Assembly (NCBI GenBank): GCA_951406725.2
Contig: OX597820.1
Span: 124,062,001-124,126,000 of the forward strand
Length of the DNA stretch: 64,000 bases
Direction: 5' to 3'
From: Octopus vulgaris
Taxonomy: Eukaryota
A model generated the notes under the pieces. It saw nothing but the letters and a program-made list of their open reading frames with translations, was not told the origin of the DNA and ran no database searches. This document shows, piece by piece, positions 42,151 to 56,189 of the stretch. Position numbers and translations under genes: made by a program. Position 1 is the stretch's first letter; each line of letters starts with the position of its first letter.

Positions 42151-42547
42151 CCAACAGTATCGCCCGGCGTTGCTCGGGTTTGTAAGGGAAATAACTATAT
42201 AAGCATTTTTAAAGATGTAAAGTATAATAGCCATCTCAATATAGCTAACCACAAAGGGGGAGGTGGTGTTACTGTAGCTTTTTACGTTCTGAGATTTAAT
42301 AAAAATACTTTAGAGTGTTACTTCCCTAATATATGCCTAAATGCATTAAAAATGGGAAAAATTGATGGTAAGATTTTTTAAATCGTAGACTCATCGTAGA
42401 CGCGCGCTAATACCCAGAAGGGCTCGATATGAATCACTAATATAAGATACCCGCTTTTGGTTACACTGCACTGCAAAATGTTGGAGTAGTTAGGAATCTA
42501 AATCGTAGGAGACAGACAGCACAGAACCTCACTTTTATATATAAAGA
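42151..42547 (-). mobile_element. Non-autonomous Helitron
   Basis: Minus strand begins TCtttatatataaaa and ends with hairpin cccgagcaacgccggg, spacer cgatactg, then ttgg (degenerate CTRR); inserted in (AT)n. Confidence 0.75.
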
Positions 42548-42579
42548 TATATATATATATTCCTTGTTTTTTCTGTGTA

Positions 42580-42617
42580 CCTTTCTGTAGAAGAGCGTAG
42601 GCTCGAAACATAAGAGG
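42580..42617 (+). ncRNA. Hammerhead-like variant motif (CUGUAGA core) in repeat 42560-42705
   Basis: ccttt-CTGTAGA-A-gagc gtag gctc-GAAA-cat-a-agagg. Confidence 0.4.
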
Positions 42618-42702
42618 CTTTTTCTATTCCTGAGCGTTATACTAATACATCTGTTTGTTTTGTACACCTCATGTCTTCGTCTTTTGTTTTTTTGTAAACT
42701 CT

Positions 42703-42760
<58 letters not shown>

Positions 42761-43599
42761 GCGTTCGTATATACACAAATATACGCATACACACACACGC
42801 ATACACATAATTTACCGGAGAAATAATGGAGCTATACTCACAGAAAAACAATTATACTCATGTACGGTTATAATACTTCGTAGTTAGTTCTGTAGAACTT
42901 TGATTGATAAAGTTGTGCTTCAATCTATTTCATGGTTAATATTCATAAATGCATGACTTTCTAATCGTTACTTTTCAGGTAAAACCTTCTTTAGCAAGCA
43001 CAATCACCGCTATCTATAACCCAGACTTGTATTATTGTCAATTTTCATTACATTACGATTCGCGGCATTTGATTATTAATACCATTAAATGTAGCTGTCT
43101 GAATTCTGTTATTACTGAAGAATTAATCTCCTTTCATCATATAACATAACGCGACATGTTTCATATACTAAATAGAATCACATACGTTTCCATTTCATAC
43201 CGCGTATAACAAATTATATGTAACAGTTTTCCTTTGTTATTACATCTGCTGCCATTATAATGATAAATTTTACGTCATTTTTTGAAGGACAAAGAAGTGT
43301 AAGAGAACAAGTCTCAAACCCAAATATATACATATTCATACATACATAATACATACATAGATACATATATACATACACACACACACACACATATAATATA
43401 TATATGTACACACATGCGCACACACATTCACACACGCATGTACACACGCCTATATACACACATGCACGCACACATGTACACATACATATACATATACATG
43501 CACACACAGATGTACTCACGCCTATATATGTATACACAAACTCACAAACGCACACGCACGCATGCACGCTCGCGCGCACCCCTCCCCCCCACACACATA

Positions 43600-44375
43600 G
43601 TTGATAATGGCGTCACTTCCCTCTGTCTCCAGTACATTATATCTTATGGGAGGGCGTGTGGCTGAGAAGCGCAGTCTTTGGTACATTGGGCACCGATAGC
43701 GATCCTGAAAAACAGCTGTAGTGTGCTGATAACAAGCTCTGTTCTCTTCAAGCAATCTCCGGTGTTCCGTTTCAAGGCGCTCTAATGCAGCATCACACAG
43801 GCGGATCATCACGCTTTCCGATCAACTGTCAGGACCGCCAACCGATTGGGAGTGAGACAGTATACAATGAAAGACCGTTTGAAATCATTATGAAGTTTTG
43901 GACATCCATCAGTTCTACCTTAGACTCGATCTCACTGAAGAGGAGCAATTTGGGAACCGATCACCCGGCATCCGGATCGCACACATTGCGAAACCATCGG
44001 TGAAGACTTCAATTGATGCAGTTTTCTATACTGTTTATCCCAGCCCTCAGAAGGATTTCGGTATACGGTATCTTTCCTATCGCGTGAGACAAAGAAGGCT
44101 TGGGAGCGCTCTGTTTTGGAAAGCTTCCAGTTGTATGAACTGTCCTTGATAAAAGGTCACATCCTGTGTTTCCCATTAAGCTGCGCCTGATAGTGAGATA
44201 CCAATCCGGGTTTTCTGGTGTTCTAAGGTGTTTGGAATCAGCCCCTTGAGATCTGTTCTGACCCGGATTCGGTAGCACCAGTCAAGGGCCAATATACGGG
44301 TTAAATGGACTTCCCAGGGGTAAAGGAGTGTGTCCCATTATTTTTGACAAAGCCGGGGAGATGGCAGCACTTTAA
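43600..44375 (-). mobile_element. RTE-clade LINE, 3' portion (post-RT C-terminus)
   Basis: Minus strand QFIQLEAFQNRAL, KIPYTEILLRAGINSIE, RMPGDRFP and a C-terminal CP..QR remnant. Confidence 0.75.
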
Positions 44376-45619
44376 GGAGAAAGATACTGCAGCAGAAATA
44401 TTGCACTCAGAATAGTACCAGTCATATTTCAATACTTGTCAGTGGGAAATAATATAGGGACCGAGAGTGTGACAAACGTATTGTAGAAGTTTTGTGAGTT
44501 CGAGATGACAACGAGATGCAGATGTCTCGATATTATTTTATTTCTTGACCCGTTTTATATTTTTATAATGTCCTATGGAGATGTTTGCGAAGCGGACATA
44601 GTCACTCTGCGCACATGCAGAATGAAATGCAAATCAGAACAATCAGGTAGAATGTGAACAGTCTATCATCTGACAAACTGGGGCAATCGTTGTTGACGTC
44701 ATCACCATCATTCATATATATACACATATATATGTATGTGTACGCGCATGTGTGTGTATATATATGAGTGCGTGTGAGTATTTGTTTTTCTCTGCGTGTG
44801 TATATATGTGTGTGACAGAGAAAGAGAGATGGCGGAGACACCATCTATTTTCACGTGTATAACGATTGAAAATCTTGATTTTGAATTTGATGAAAATGTC
44901 AGATTTTAACTCGGTATTTTTAACTGTCAATGATTCTGAATATATATTCGATTTCCATATTGATAGAACGAAGCAGATTGCTACATATAACTTAAATATT
45001 TCATTTAAAGAAGTATCTGCTTAATAAATATTTGTTATAAATCTGTTTACAGACATTTCTATTGATTTGTCATTAACAAAGTTTCAAGAAAATCTTCTTA
45101 GTGTTATTCGTAGGAAATATGGAATAATATAATCCTCAGAAAATGAAAGATCAATCGCTACGCCGAAGAACATTTTATGCTTATTAAAAAGAAAATTCAA
45201 TAGCAATCTATCCAATATCATTCAGGACGCTAAGGCACCCTTTACATGTTTATTTAAACGGCTAGAAATAACAGCAAGAATATCCATCACTATTGCACTC
45301 TTTTGTCATAAAACAGGGAAGCACATCATAAAAAACTTAGACGCTTGAAAATTGGATTGAATGGTCACGGTTGGAACGTCATTAACCATATGTCTACTCG
45401 ATCAGCTCTGAAATGAAAATCGACAGCAATTGCTGAATAAATGCAATTAAGTTATATAATCTGATATTAAGTCATATATCCTTATAAAAAGTCGTGCTGA
45501 ACGTCATTTTAAACTGAAGGCCAACTTATTCATCTTTTACAAGCAATTACTCTGATTTAAAGAAGAACATTTTATTGACGAGATTTGTTTCAAAGAGATG
45601 TTTAAAGCTGAGAAATAAT

Positions 45620-45810
45620 GGTTTCGAAGTGTGGCACAATACCAGCAATGTCACGAGAAAGTGGGTGTCGATTTTATCGAACACAGTGCTTGATTAAATT
45701 TACCGAAACAAGGTTGAAAGTGTCCACTAACTAGAAATCAAATGAAAAGACAGAGGAAATTCCACTAAAGATTTTGTCCGGCGTGGTTGCGATTCTGACA
45801 GCTCACCGCC
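45620..45810 (-). mobile_element. Degenerate SINE, family B
   Basis: Reverse complement of head (tccggcgtggttgcgattctgacagctcaccgcc) and tail (ggtttcgaagtgtggcacaa). Confidence 0.6.
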
Positions 45811-45937
45811 TTGTGGTTTCTAAATATTGAAATTATTAAAATATTCACATATGATTAGTAACATTATACATATATACATCAATGCATACACATTTATATA
45901 CTTATACACGCATACAAACTTTCATACTCATATAACT

Positions 45938-45991
<54 letters not shown>

Positions 45992-46272
45992 CAACAATTG
46001 AGGGTAAAATTAATTAATTATTAATCAATTTCACCAAGTATTCAGTATGTAAAGGGACCATTTAAGGCGAATTCAAAATATTACATTTTATAAAGGGCTT
46101 AGTAAAATAAATTACTTTGCCACATACTGAACTCATTAGAAATAGCAGCCAAAAAAAAAATTTTTAGCCATTTCTAATACTTAAAGAAAATTTCTCTCAG
46201 ATAGTGTTTACTCAAAATAACCCACGAAGGTATGGGGGTAAAAACATTAAAAAATCACAAGTGCAAAGATTA

Positions 46273-46334
46273 TTTGAGAACGTACGTTTCTAGATCAGCC
46301 AAATACAATTCGACATTTCTTTCGTCAGCTCAAA
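46273..46334 (-). ncRNA. Type I hammerhead ribozyme-like motif
   Basis: Mirror copy of 46905-46966. Confidence 0.65.
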
Positions 46335-46904
46335 ATTTCTTAATTCGGATTTGTAAACACTGAAAGTAGGAGCATACCCTTTTGGCGACTTTTCACCTCC
46401 GAAGATCCGTTCAGACTAACAGTGCCAACAAATTCAAAATATGCAAGCGAAGAATTTCTGCCCTCCCTTTCCACCCACGTGGGCTAAACTAGTAAACACC
46501 ATGTTTTATCGGTGAAAACCGAAGCATTAAACAGAGAGAAATGAATTATAATTTCAACAATTGAGGGTAAAATTAATTAATTATTAATCAATTTCACCAA
46601 GTATTCGCCTTAAATGGTCCCTTTACATACTGAATACTTGGTGAAATTGATTAATAATTAATTAATTTTACCCTCAATTGTTGAAATTATAATTCATTTC
46701 TCTCTGTTTAATGCTTCGGTTTTCACCGATAAAACATGGTGTTTACTAGTTTAGCCCACGTGGGTGGAAAGGGGAGGGCAGAAATTCTTCGCTTGCATAT
46801 TTTGAATTTGTTGGCACTGTTAGTCTGAACGGATCTTCGGAGGTGAAAAGTCGCCAAAAGGGTATGCTCCTACTTTCAGTGTTTACAAATCCGAATTAAG
46901 AAAT

Positions 46905-46966
46905 TTTGAGCTGACGAAAGAAATGTCGAATTGTATTTGGCTGATCTAGAAACGTACGTTCTCAAA
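46905..46966 (+). ncRNA. Type I hammerhead ribozyme-like motif
   Basis: tttgag-CTGACGA-aaga aat gtcgaa ttgta tttggc tga tcta-GAAA-c gtac g-TT-ctcaaa; 6-bp stem I, palindromic stem III, predicted cut after 46960 (GUU). Confidence 0.65.
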
Positions 46967-47177
46967 TAATCTTTGCACTTGTGATTTTTTAATGTTTTTA
47001 CCCCCATACCTTCGTGGGTTATTTTGAGTAAACACTATCTGAGAGAAATTTTCTTTAAGTATTAGAAATGGCTAAAAAATTTTTTTCTGGCTGCTATTTC
47101 TAATGAGTTCAGTATGTGGCAAAGTAATTTATTTTACTAAGCCCTTTATAAAATGTAATATATATATATATATATAT

Positions 47178-47248
<71 letters not shown>

Positions 47249-48677
47249 TATGTATGTATAAGATATTCGAATATTTGTGCATATATGTGTATTTATGTGC
47301 ATTCGTTGTGTGTGTGCAAACTTTGTTTCAGGTTCAGAGTAATTACATTAAAAGAACTGTTTGAAAAATCGAGCACGTCGGATATAAATCATGTTTAACT
47401 ATTACATGATCAGACCCATCAGGAAAATATGTAGTTAGATTCATCGGTGAATAATCTGCAGTGATTAAGATGGACGATATACAGAGGGGGTAATATGTCT
47501 CCATTGTGCTATGTATGCCATCTCAGCTTTACATGCTATTAAATCCTTTGTCGTACTTGAATGGCGCGTATTTTATGCGCGTCAGAAAACCTAAATACCA
47601 AGTTAGCCGTTGTAGGGATTGAAAGCAGATCGAAGAGAAACAAAGCTATTTCCTGCAATATAGTTTCTCCGATTCTAGTTCCACTGAGGCAGGCTTTTGA
47701 AAGCCGTTTCCTTATAATTTCATATCTCAACGGTTTATAATTTATAGTTTCTTTTGACGCTATATAATAAGTGCAATTAAACTCTTAAAGGCAATCAAAT
47801 TGTCTAAATCTCAAGTCTAATAACATTGAAGACACGTCTTGAGCGGGAATACATATTACACACAATAATTAGCAAATGCGTGACATATAGCTGTGATAGT
47901 TAATTTATACAATATATTGTGTACAAAAGAAATAGGCAATATTCAATAATTGTACATCAAGGAAATATAACGTAGGCAACATCTGATATAATTATTTTCC
48001 TTTTTTCCGAAAGAAAACGGATTCATCTTATTTTACTATTTTTTATCGATCAGAAGACCATACGCTCATCTGAGCTTCCTGGTGTAGTATGAACGAATCA
48101 TAACAGAATTATAAGCTTCCGGTCTTTACATATTCTGATATCCGTTTCCTTACCTACTATTTTCTATATAAACAGAATGCCAAAACGATTTCGTCTCTAA
48201 ATAATTCTAGTTTTCGAGCAAAGAAATAAAATTTAGTTTTTGCATATAGTATATATTTCCTCAGAGACCATAAATTAAGGAGGTCTGTGTCTACCACCCT
48301 TGTTTTAATGTTTGTTTTCAACTAAGGTGTTAAGACTGATTTTTTTCTCTCCTGCGTTTTCCATTTATTGCTAATGTGTTTAGAAATATCAAGGAAGTTT
48401 GATAATCTTATTTTGCCATTCATACAAATTTGTATATCCGTGACTAAGTAAGAAATCAATATAGAATATTGGAATTAATATGTTATAATAACCGATCTGC
48501 TTAAAGGAAGTGTATAAGTAATAACTAAAAAATGTTCCCTTCATATTTGCTACGAAGCAATTGGTTAGAAAAGATATGTTGCAAATTTTGTAAATAGTTA
48601 AGTGACCTAAATATTACAAGTCAATTACTGATCTAGTAGTGCACCTGCGTGCGCGTAAGTGTGTTTGTGTGTGTATG

Positions 48678-48734
<57 letters not shown>

Positions 48735-48752
48735 CAGTATAGCCTAGTACAG

Positions 48753-48924
48753 AGTAGTACTGCGGTTTCAGAACACCCGTGATCACGAATAAATCGGCCT
48801 GTCTTTATCTCCTGTCTTTCTCATCTGCTTCTAATACATTAGTACCACGGTTTTCGAACACCTCTGATCACGTGCTTTATATATACATACATACATGCAT
48901 ACACATACACACATACAATCACAC

Positions 48925-48974
<50 letters not shown>

Positions 48975-49014
48975 ACGATTTATTAGTGATCAGAAGTGTT
49001 CAATAACCGAGGTA
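48753..49014. mobile_element. Pogo/Tigger-like MITE remnant with duplicated left TIR
   Basis: tactgcggtttcagaacacccgtgatcacgaataaatcg and taccacggttttcgaacacctctgatcac versus inverted cgatttattagtgatcagaagtgttcaataaccgaggta. Confidence 0.55.
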
Positions 49015-49405
49015 TACACACACACACATATATATATATACATATATAATCGTGACAGAAGAAGTATTAACATCAAAAGAAATCTTTACCACCAATTCAA
49101 AGTGGTGGTCGGATTGGAGCACAAGGAGGAGTTCTCAAATTAAATACTCTCGCATTCTGTATTATGACACAGCCTCCATGGTATGTTGGCAATAAAACTT
49201 TCATATATGCATGTATGTATGCATGTATGTATGTATGTATATCTATATTCATCTCTCTATATATATTCATCTATGTATCTATATAATATATATATCTGTA
49301 TTGTATATGTATATATGAGTGTGTGTACGCGCACAGATATTTCACTAGCATATATCCATGGATATACATATGCACACATACATATATACAAATACAACAG
49401 CACAG

Positions 49406-49471
<66 letters not shown>

Positions 49472-49801
49472 ACTGAATGAGAAGTGTTACTGGTATGTTC
49501 GAGTTTTTTGTCCCGAAAAGATTATTAAAGCAGTATTTCCTTGCTATTATTTATAACTTTGTATCGTGTAAATCGATCGCCGATATTCCTGAAAGATTTC
49601 TTTAACGGTCTCTCGAAAATGTATAAATTCCTGTTACGTTAGTGATATATATATATATATTGTGTGTGTGTGTGTGTGTGTTAACCTTTCCTGTTTTCCA
49701 TTCTTCTCGTTGTTTACGTATTTCACTCGTTTCACGTCTTGTATCCATCTCTCTTGTTTATGTTACTTGCACTGTTGGTAACGTATTGTACCCATATATG
49801 C

Positions 49802-49866
<65 letters not shown>

Positions 49867-51807
49867 TATTCATTTATTTAATTGAACGCGTCGCATCCAT
49901 TTTGAAGTAAATTTATCAACACATTTTGTGCGACTCTTTGTACTGTTTTTTTTCCTCTCGTCTCTGCTTCTCTTTTCTATCCCCCTTCACTGTTTTCTAT
50001 CTCTCACTTTCTCTCTCCCGTTTTTCTCTTCTCTCTCTCTCGCTCACTCTATCTCCCGTTGCTCACGCGTAACCATCGTCAATCCTTCTTTTTCTCACGT
50101 AACCATCTTTCTTTTCTTGCTAAGCTTTCCTTGCTGCCACAGAAAAAATTACATCAAGTATCCTAACAAGTTTGCAGTCATAAAAAACGTTTCTGCGTTA
50201 CTTAGTATGATCATTTCATATTTCGTTTGAAAATTGAAGAAAATATAATGATAAAAAGAACTAACACTGGCTATTTCAATATTCACATGATTTATTGCTT
50301 ATTGGACCTCAACAGATCTAGCATACAAAAATGCTCGCATTGATGAAATTTTATTGATTATTACAAATATTAGACATGACATCAATCAAACTAGTTATGT
50401 AGAATTGCGTAACTTTATGAGAATTATATTGAGGGAAAGTCATTTTATTGAAATAATTCATGTGGACGTTACATGAGAAAATCCAGAGTTCTGCGGATCA
50501 GCAGGTCTCAGATGTATTGCTTGTTATTTTGTGTAATTAAAATTTTCATAATGTTGAAATATGATGCAAATAGCTTTCCTATAATTACATACATACATAC
50601 ACACATACATACATACATATTCAATGTACTGATGTACACAATAATAATATGCAGGAAATATAACAAGAGATGATGTTTGATAATAATTATATGTGATAAG
50701 AACAACGATTCATTTATTTCGTGTACTGATTAATACAGATTTCGTGCTACAAGATTTGAAAATAATCGTAATTGGAAATATATACGATTGTCTAATCCAA
50801 TAAAATTTAAGGATTGGTAACCGAAACAAGTGGCGTTGGAGAATGATACGTTAATGGTGTATAAGAATATGTGGATAAGAATACATAACATCTTATGCTT
50901 TAGTGCAAATAATATGAGATCCAAATATAACCCAAGAAATGATATGTAATACATTTCTATGTTAGATTCAATATTTGAACGCTTTGCCCATTACCTGTCT
51001 TATTGCTGGTAACAAATCTATTGAAACCGGACTCATAAATAACCAGAAGATATTCATTTGTAATATATCAACATGGAGATGTTTGAATTTTCACAGTGCA
51101 TAAGGAAACAGTGAATAGGTATAAGTAAATCCATGTAAAAGGAAGAAAGAGGAGGTTCTATTTCTTTGGCTGGAATCTAGTGAGTAGCACAATAAATTGA
51201 TACCAGGAACTAAATTACATACAAAGATGAGTGAACGATGATATAGTGATTAATAATTCAGATATGTTACCGAATAACGGTATTTGATTACTGAATGATT
51301 ATTCCTGCAAACTGCTTTGGGGAAACTAATGCATAGTTAAGATGATTTCCTTAAATATACATGACAATAAAGCATGATTACAATACCCAAAGTAACAGCA
51401 TAAAGCTTTGTATATATTTAAAATTCTGTAATATATTGATGTTTGCGATGCATTATTTTGTTTTTTATATCTTTTTCACACTCCATACAGAAATCAATGA
51501 ACTGCTAACAGAGAAATGCGTAGAATTCGTTTCCTTATTCCAAAATACGATTACAATAGACATGGCGAAATACTTGCAAGAAATACATGGATTTACAAAT
51601 GTATTCACAAACAAACATGCATTGCAAACATGCGTATATAAACACATACACACAAACACACATACACACATATACACATATATACACATATATATATATA
51701 TATATATATAGACACGTACGCATATATACATATGCATGTATATATATATGTGTGTGTGTATATATATATATATAGATTTATATACATATATATATACATA
51801 TATGTAC

Positions 51808-51858
<51 letters not shown>

Positions 51859-52410
51859 GAGAGAGAAAGACAGAGTGTGAGATAGAGAGAAGGAGAGTGA
51901 GAGAGATAGAGAGAAAATGCACACAGTTAATGAATTCTTCTACAGTTATTCCAGTTAGCATACACTTGTTAGCGATAACATTTTGTAGACGCCCCATTTC
52001 TTAGTGCATTAATCATATCTATCAATCGATGCATAATCAATTGATTATTCCAATTGATCGATTACTGATCGATAGACTAAATTTTATTATTACACTTGGG
52101 AAATAGGATATGCCCACATTTTATCGGAAAAACCTGTATCCTAATTGGAATAGATGTATAAAAAAAAAACGATTTCCCTCGGCATTTTCTATGTACTACT
52201 CCCTAAAAGCAAACTAATTTTACTTCGAGACTATTCCCCGGATCTAAACTTTAACTAATGAATGATTGTTAAGTTCGGATAACCTTGATTTCCACATCTA
52301 CAACAGGATAAATTTGTGGGTCTGTGAATCTTCCTGTAGAGTGAACTTAAGTTTTTCGCCCAGTCTAATAATCCCTCTTCTCATTTGTTACACACACACA
52401 GAGCCCCCCC

Positions 52411-52456
<46 letters not shown>

Positions 52457-53925
52457 GAGCAAAAATGTCGTCATAATGTATTTGTAAATAAGCATCCGTA
52501 TGATAGCATAAAGGGGAGGGGAATAAGAGACGGAGAACGTGAGAGGTCACAACACGTTGATATAACTTCATAAGATGCTGTACAAAATGTAAAACCAAAC
52601 AAAAAAGATAGGCGTTAGATGATCTGCATAATGAATTGTACTCCGAATAACAAAAATGATGAAAAAATTAGACTGAACCTTTTATTGGAATGAACCTTTT
52701 ATCAAAGTGAAATAAATAGAAAGGAATCGGAAGAGAAAGATACCTGTTTTAATCAGTTGTGTAAATTTCAACTGCACTTTTGTATGTTACGTATTATCCC
52801 TAACCCGAGTAGAATGCTACTGGTTTGTGTCTGTAACGATTCATTACATACTTCCATATGATTTACTATAAAGCAAAGATCTGAACTCATATCCGATATT
52901 TAGCATACAATATCTTAGAAAAAACTACCTAATCGACTTATAATCTGAATATATATTATGTGTTATTTATACTGAAATGTGGCCTACCCGACTCAGGTAA
53001 ACTAAACTTGATTTATTTACACAAAAGTATTATTTTTATTCTTATATCACTCTTACGCTTCTTCTTTGTCCTACAATGGTTACATTCAGAGCTTCAGTTA
53101 TGTTATACACGAAAAAGAGAACATATATTCGTATTGGTCAAAATTCTCTCCTGATTCGTTTAAAAACTAATCATCTAATCTCTCAATTACACGATGTATA
53201 ATATTTATAATGCTTATAACTCCGAGAGACAGTAAGTCATCATTTTCTCTAATAACAACACATTAGGTGGTGAGACAATTCAGAGATTAGGTTTTGTGAT
53301 AGTATAGCTAAAAACATTAAAAAATCCCTATATCTTATGTTGGAAGAATGACAGACTCTCACTTCGGCCACCTGTGAATTTTGAAAGTGACACTCATAAA
53401 AACAAAAAGGTGCAGTTCCTTTGATTAAGATGGATTATTAGTTTGTGTAAAGCGGAAAATTCTATCGATTTTCACTGCTTGTCTAAATAAGCGAAATAAG
53501 TGAAATAGTGAATGAAAGACACATTTATATCTTCTTAGGAAGCGTTCACACTGATTTGGGATTTGAGATCGTAGCGGACCGATAATGTTAACAGAAAACA
53601 ATATAGCTGTCTCTTTCGTGGAGCGTTATTTCATTAGATAATAATGCAGTTAACAGGAGTAAGTTAACTATTACTTATGTCATAGTTGTTGGCGTTTTCA
53701 AGTACACAGATACGTTGAGATGAAAGATCAGGCGATTGACTAATAATATTACACTAAGTTTACACATCTGCTACTTATCTGCACCAAAAAACAAATACAC
53801 ACATTAATAACGAATTCAAACACACACTTACATGTATAAAAGTGCGTTATGTAAACCTGTTAAGTATTTGTTATGTAATGTAATGTAACAAATCTATTCG
53901 CCACCTAACCAATTTGTAACAATCA

Positions 53926-53999
53926 AAATGGGAATTTGCCCTCGAAAATTATGTAATATATATATATATTACATAATTTTCGAGAGACAATTCCCATTT
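53926..53999. repeat. 74-bp hairpin centred on (TA)n
   Basis: aaatgggaatttgccctcgaaaattatgtaa(ta)n ttacataattttcgagagacaattcccattt. Confidence 0.9.
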
Positions 54000-54382
54000 A
54001 TATATATATATATATATATGTGTATATATATCGAAATTTTGACTTTAATGTTTATTATAATCACTATGCTTATATTCGTTCATATTTTCTAGCAAACATT
54101 TACACAGATAAATAAATGAATGCAGATGCAGTTGCAAAAGCATATGTTAAATTGCTCTCTTTTTAACTATGTACAAGTTGCATAAAAAGTCCATAGAAAT
54201 TCTTCCTTTATCCTCTACTCTCTTAACTTCTTCTTACAAACCTTGAATTTCTATGCTAAGAAATTCGAATTTTAACAATTTAAGGAACTATACATTTAAT
54301 GTAATAATGCAGTGCAAAATTCAATTGATATTACTTTGTACTTCACAACAACATAAATAAATATAACAAAATAAATAAATAA

Positions 54383-54780
54383 GGCGCAGGAGTGGCTGTG
54401 TGGTAAGTATTTTGCTAACCAACCACATGGTTCCGGGTTCAGTCCCACTGCGTGGCATCTTGAGCAAGTGTCTTCTGCTATAGTCCCTGGCCGACCAATG
54501 GCTTGTGAGTGGATTTGGTAGACGGAAACTGAAAGAAGCCTGTCGTATATATGTATATATGTATATATGTGTGTGTGTGTATATGTTTGTGTGTCTGTGT
54601 TTGTCCCCCTCGCTGGTGTGTTTACGTCCCCATCACTTAGCGGTTCGGCAAAAGAGATCGATAGAATAAGTACTGGGCTTACAAAGAATAAATCCCGGGG
54701 TCGATTTGCTCGACTAAAGGCGGTGCTCCAGCATGGCCGCAGTCAAATGACTGAAACAAGTAAAAGAGTAAAAGAGTAAA
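54383..54780 (+). mobile_element. Near full-length tRNA-derived SINE, family A
   Basis: A box tggctgtgtggtaag, B box gggttcagtccc, internal microsatellite, tail catggccgcagtcaaatgactgaaac(aagagtaa)n. Confidence 0.9.
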
Positions 54781-55982
54781 TAATAAACTAGACATACATA
54801 GGGACACCCAAACACCCACCTACCCAATGATACAAGAGCACGTCCACCTCTATAATTAACAAATACAATGCTGTAAATAGCAAAATAATTAACGCTAAAC
54901 TTATACAAAATTTTACACACAAACAAAATTAAAGGAAAATCACCGACATGCAAATATGCTCATATATCAGCCTCTACATATTTATGAGCGAATATGGTGA
55001 ACATGTTCATTTATACTTATTCAGATGTTATGTGGAAAAATTGTACACTGGATGAAATGCTTAGTGACATTTCTTCCAGTTTCACTTTCTAAGTTAGTAT
55101 GATTGTTTCATGGTTATATTGTCGTTATTATATATGAATATATTCCAAATTAACTCCACGCAAACAAACTCTCAAATAGTAATTATTCGACTCGCCTTTG
55201 TGACCGCCATTTTTAAAGATTATAGAGGGTTTGCTGTGAATATTTCCGCTGGTAAATTCAACGTATATAATGATTGGGTACAGATTGATCTCACTGACTC
55301 TAAGAGATTTCACTAGAATTTTGACTTCTTGATAATTAGTGCAACTGATCCAGGATGTGATATTCATATTATAACAAAGCTTACGTTAATGTAAAAACGG
55401 AATACAATTTGCGTTGCTGGAGGAAAATTAGATTTCTGAAATTGCTGTGATTATAATTATTTACAGTGTGACTCTTGCTCGAACTTACTCGAAATCAGGT
55501 GATAAAGAGTTTGCAGTAATACTAATTAGTCATAGATTACAGTAAGAGAAAATGAAGTGCTTCATCGATTATACATATAATTCAGTTGCATGCATAATAA
55601 TATACCTATACGCACAAAGCACAGTATGAACGACGGGCTTGACGTTCGAATCACAATCACAAGTCATCGTGTTTCATCCACTGCGTAGCGTATTTGGTTA
55701 ATGTCATTTTCCATAAGCTGTGGTTGACCTACACATTTTAGGACACAATGATAGAAGAAAAACTGTGGGGAAGCCGTTTACATAAATTACAGATGTAATT
55801 AAATGTTGCAGATCTGCAATTATATTTCTGGCGAGTTAAACTTGTATTCCTTAACGACAATGTAAACGACATATAATTAAAGTAGCTAAGTACTCCTTTA
55901 TGAGTAATTATTGCATGGGAGGATCTGCTAGATAGGAAATATATGTAGCCTGAATTTTATCTGTTTAATCCTAACACTAATT

Positions 55983-56051
<69 letters not shown>

Positions 56052-56112
56052 AGGGGCCGGGGCGAAGGTTATCACATCCATGTGGTAATACTTAATTCAC
56101 TAACATTATTAA

Positions 56113-56117
<5 letters not shown>

Positions 56118-56188
<71 letters not shown>
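56118..56188. repeat. (AAT)n microsatellite
   Basis: Direct inspection. Confidence 0.97.

Positions 56189-56189
<1 letters not shown>

Larger units (their letters stand above)
45988..47161. mobile_element. Inverted pair of a 563-bp non-coding hammerhead-bearing unit (retrozyme or PLE pseudo-LTR-like)
   Basis: Unit 45988-46550 plus a 56-bp repeat of its start (46551-46606), then an inverted permuted copy 46603-47161; (TA)n on both sides. Confidence 0.85.
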
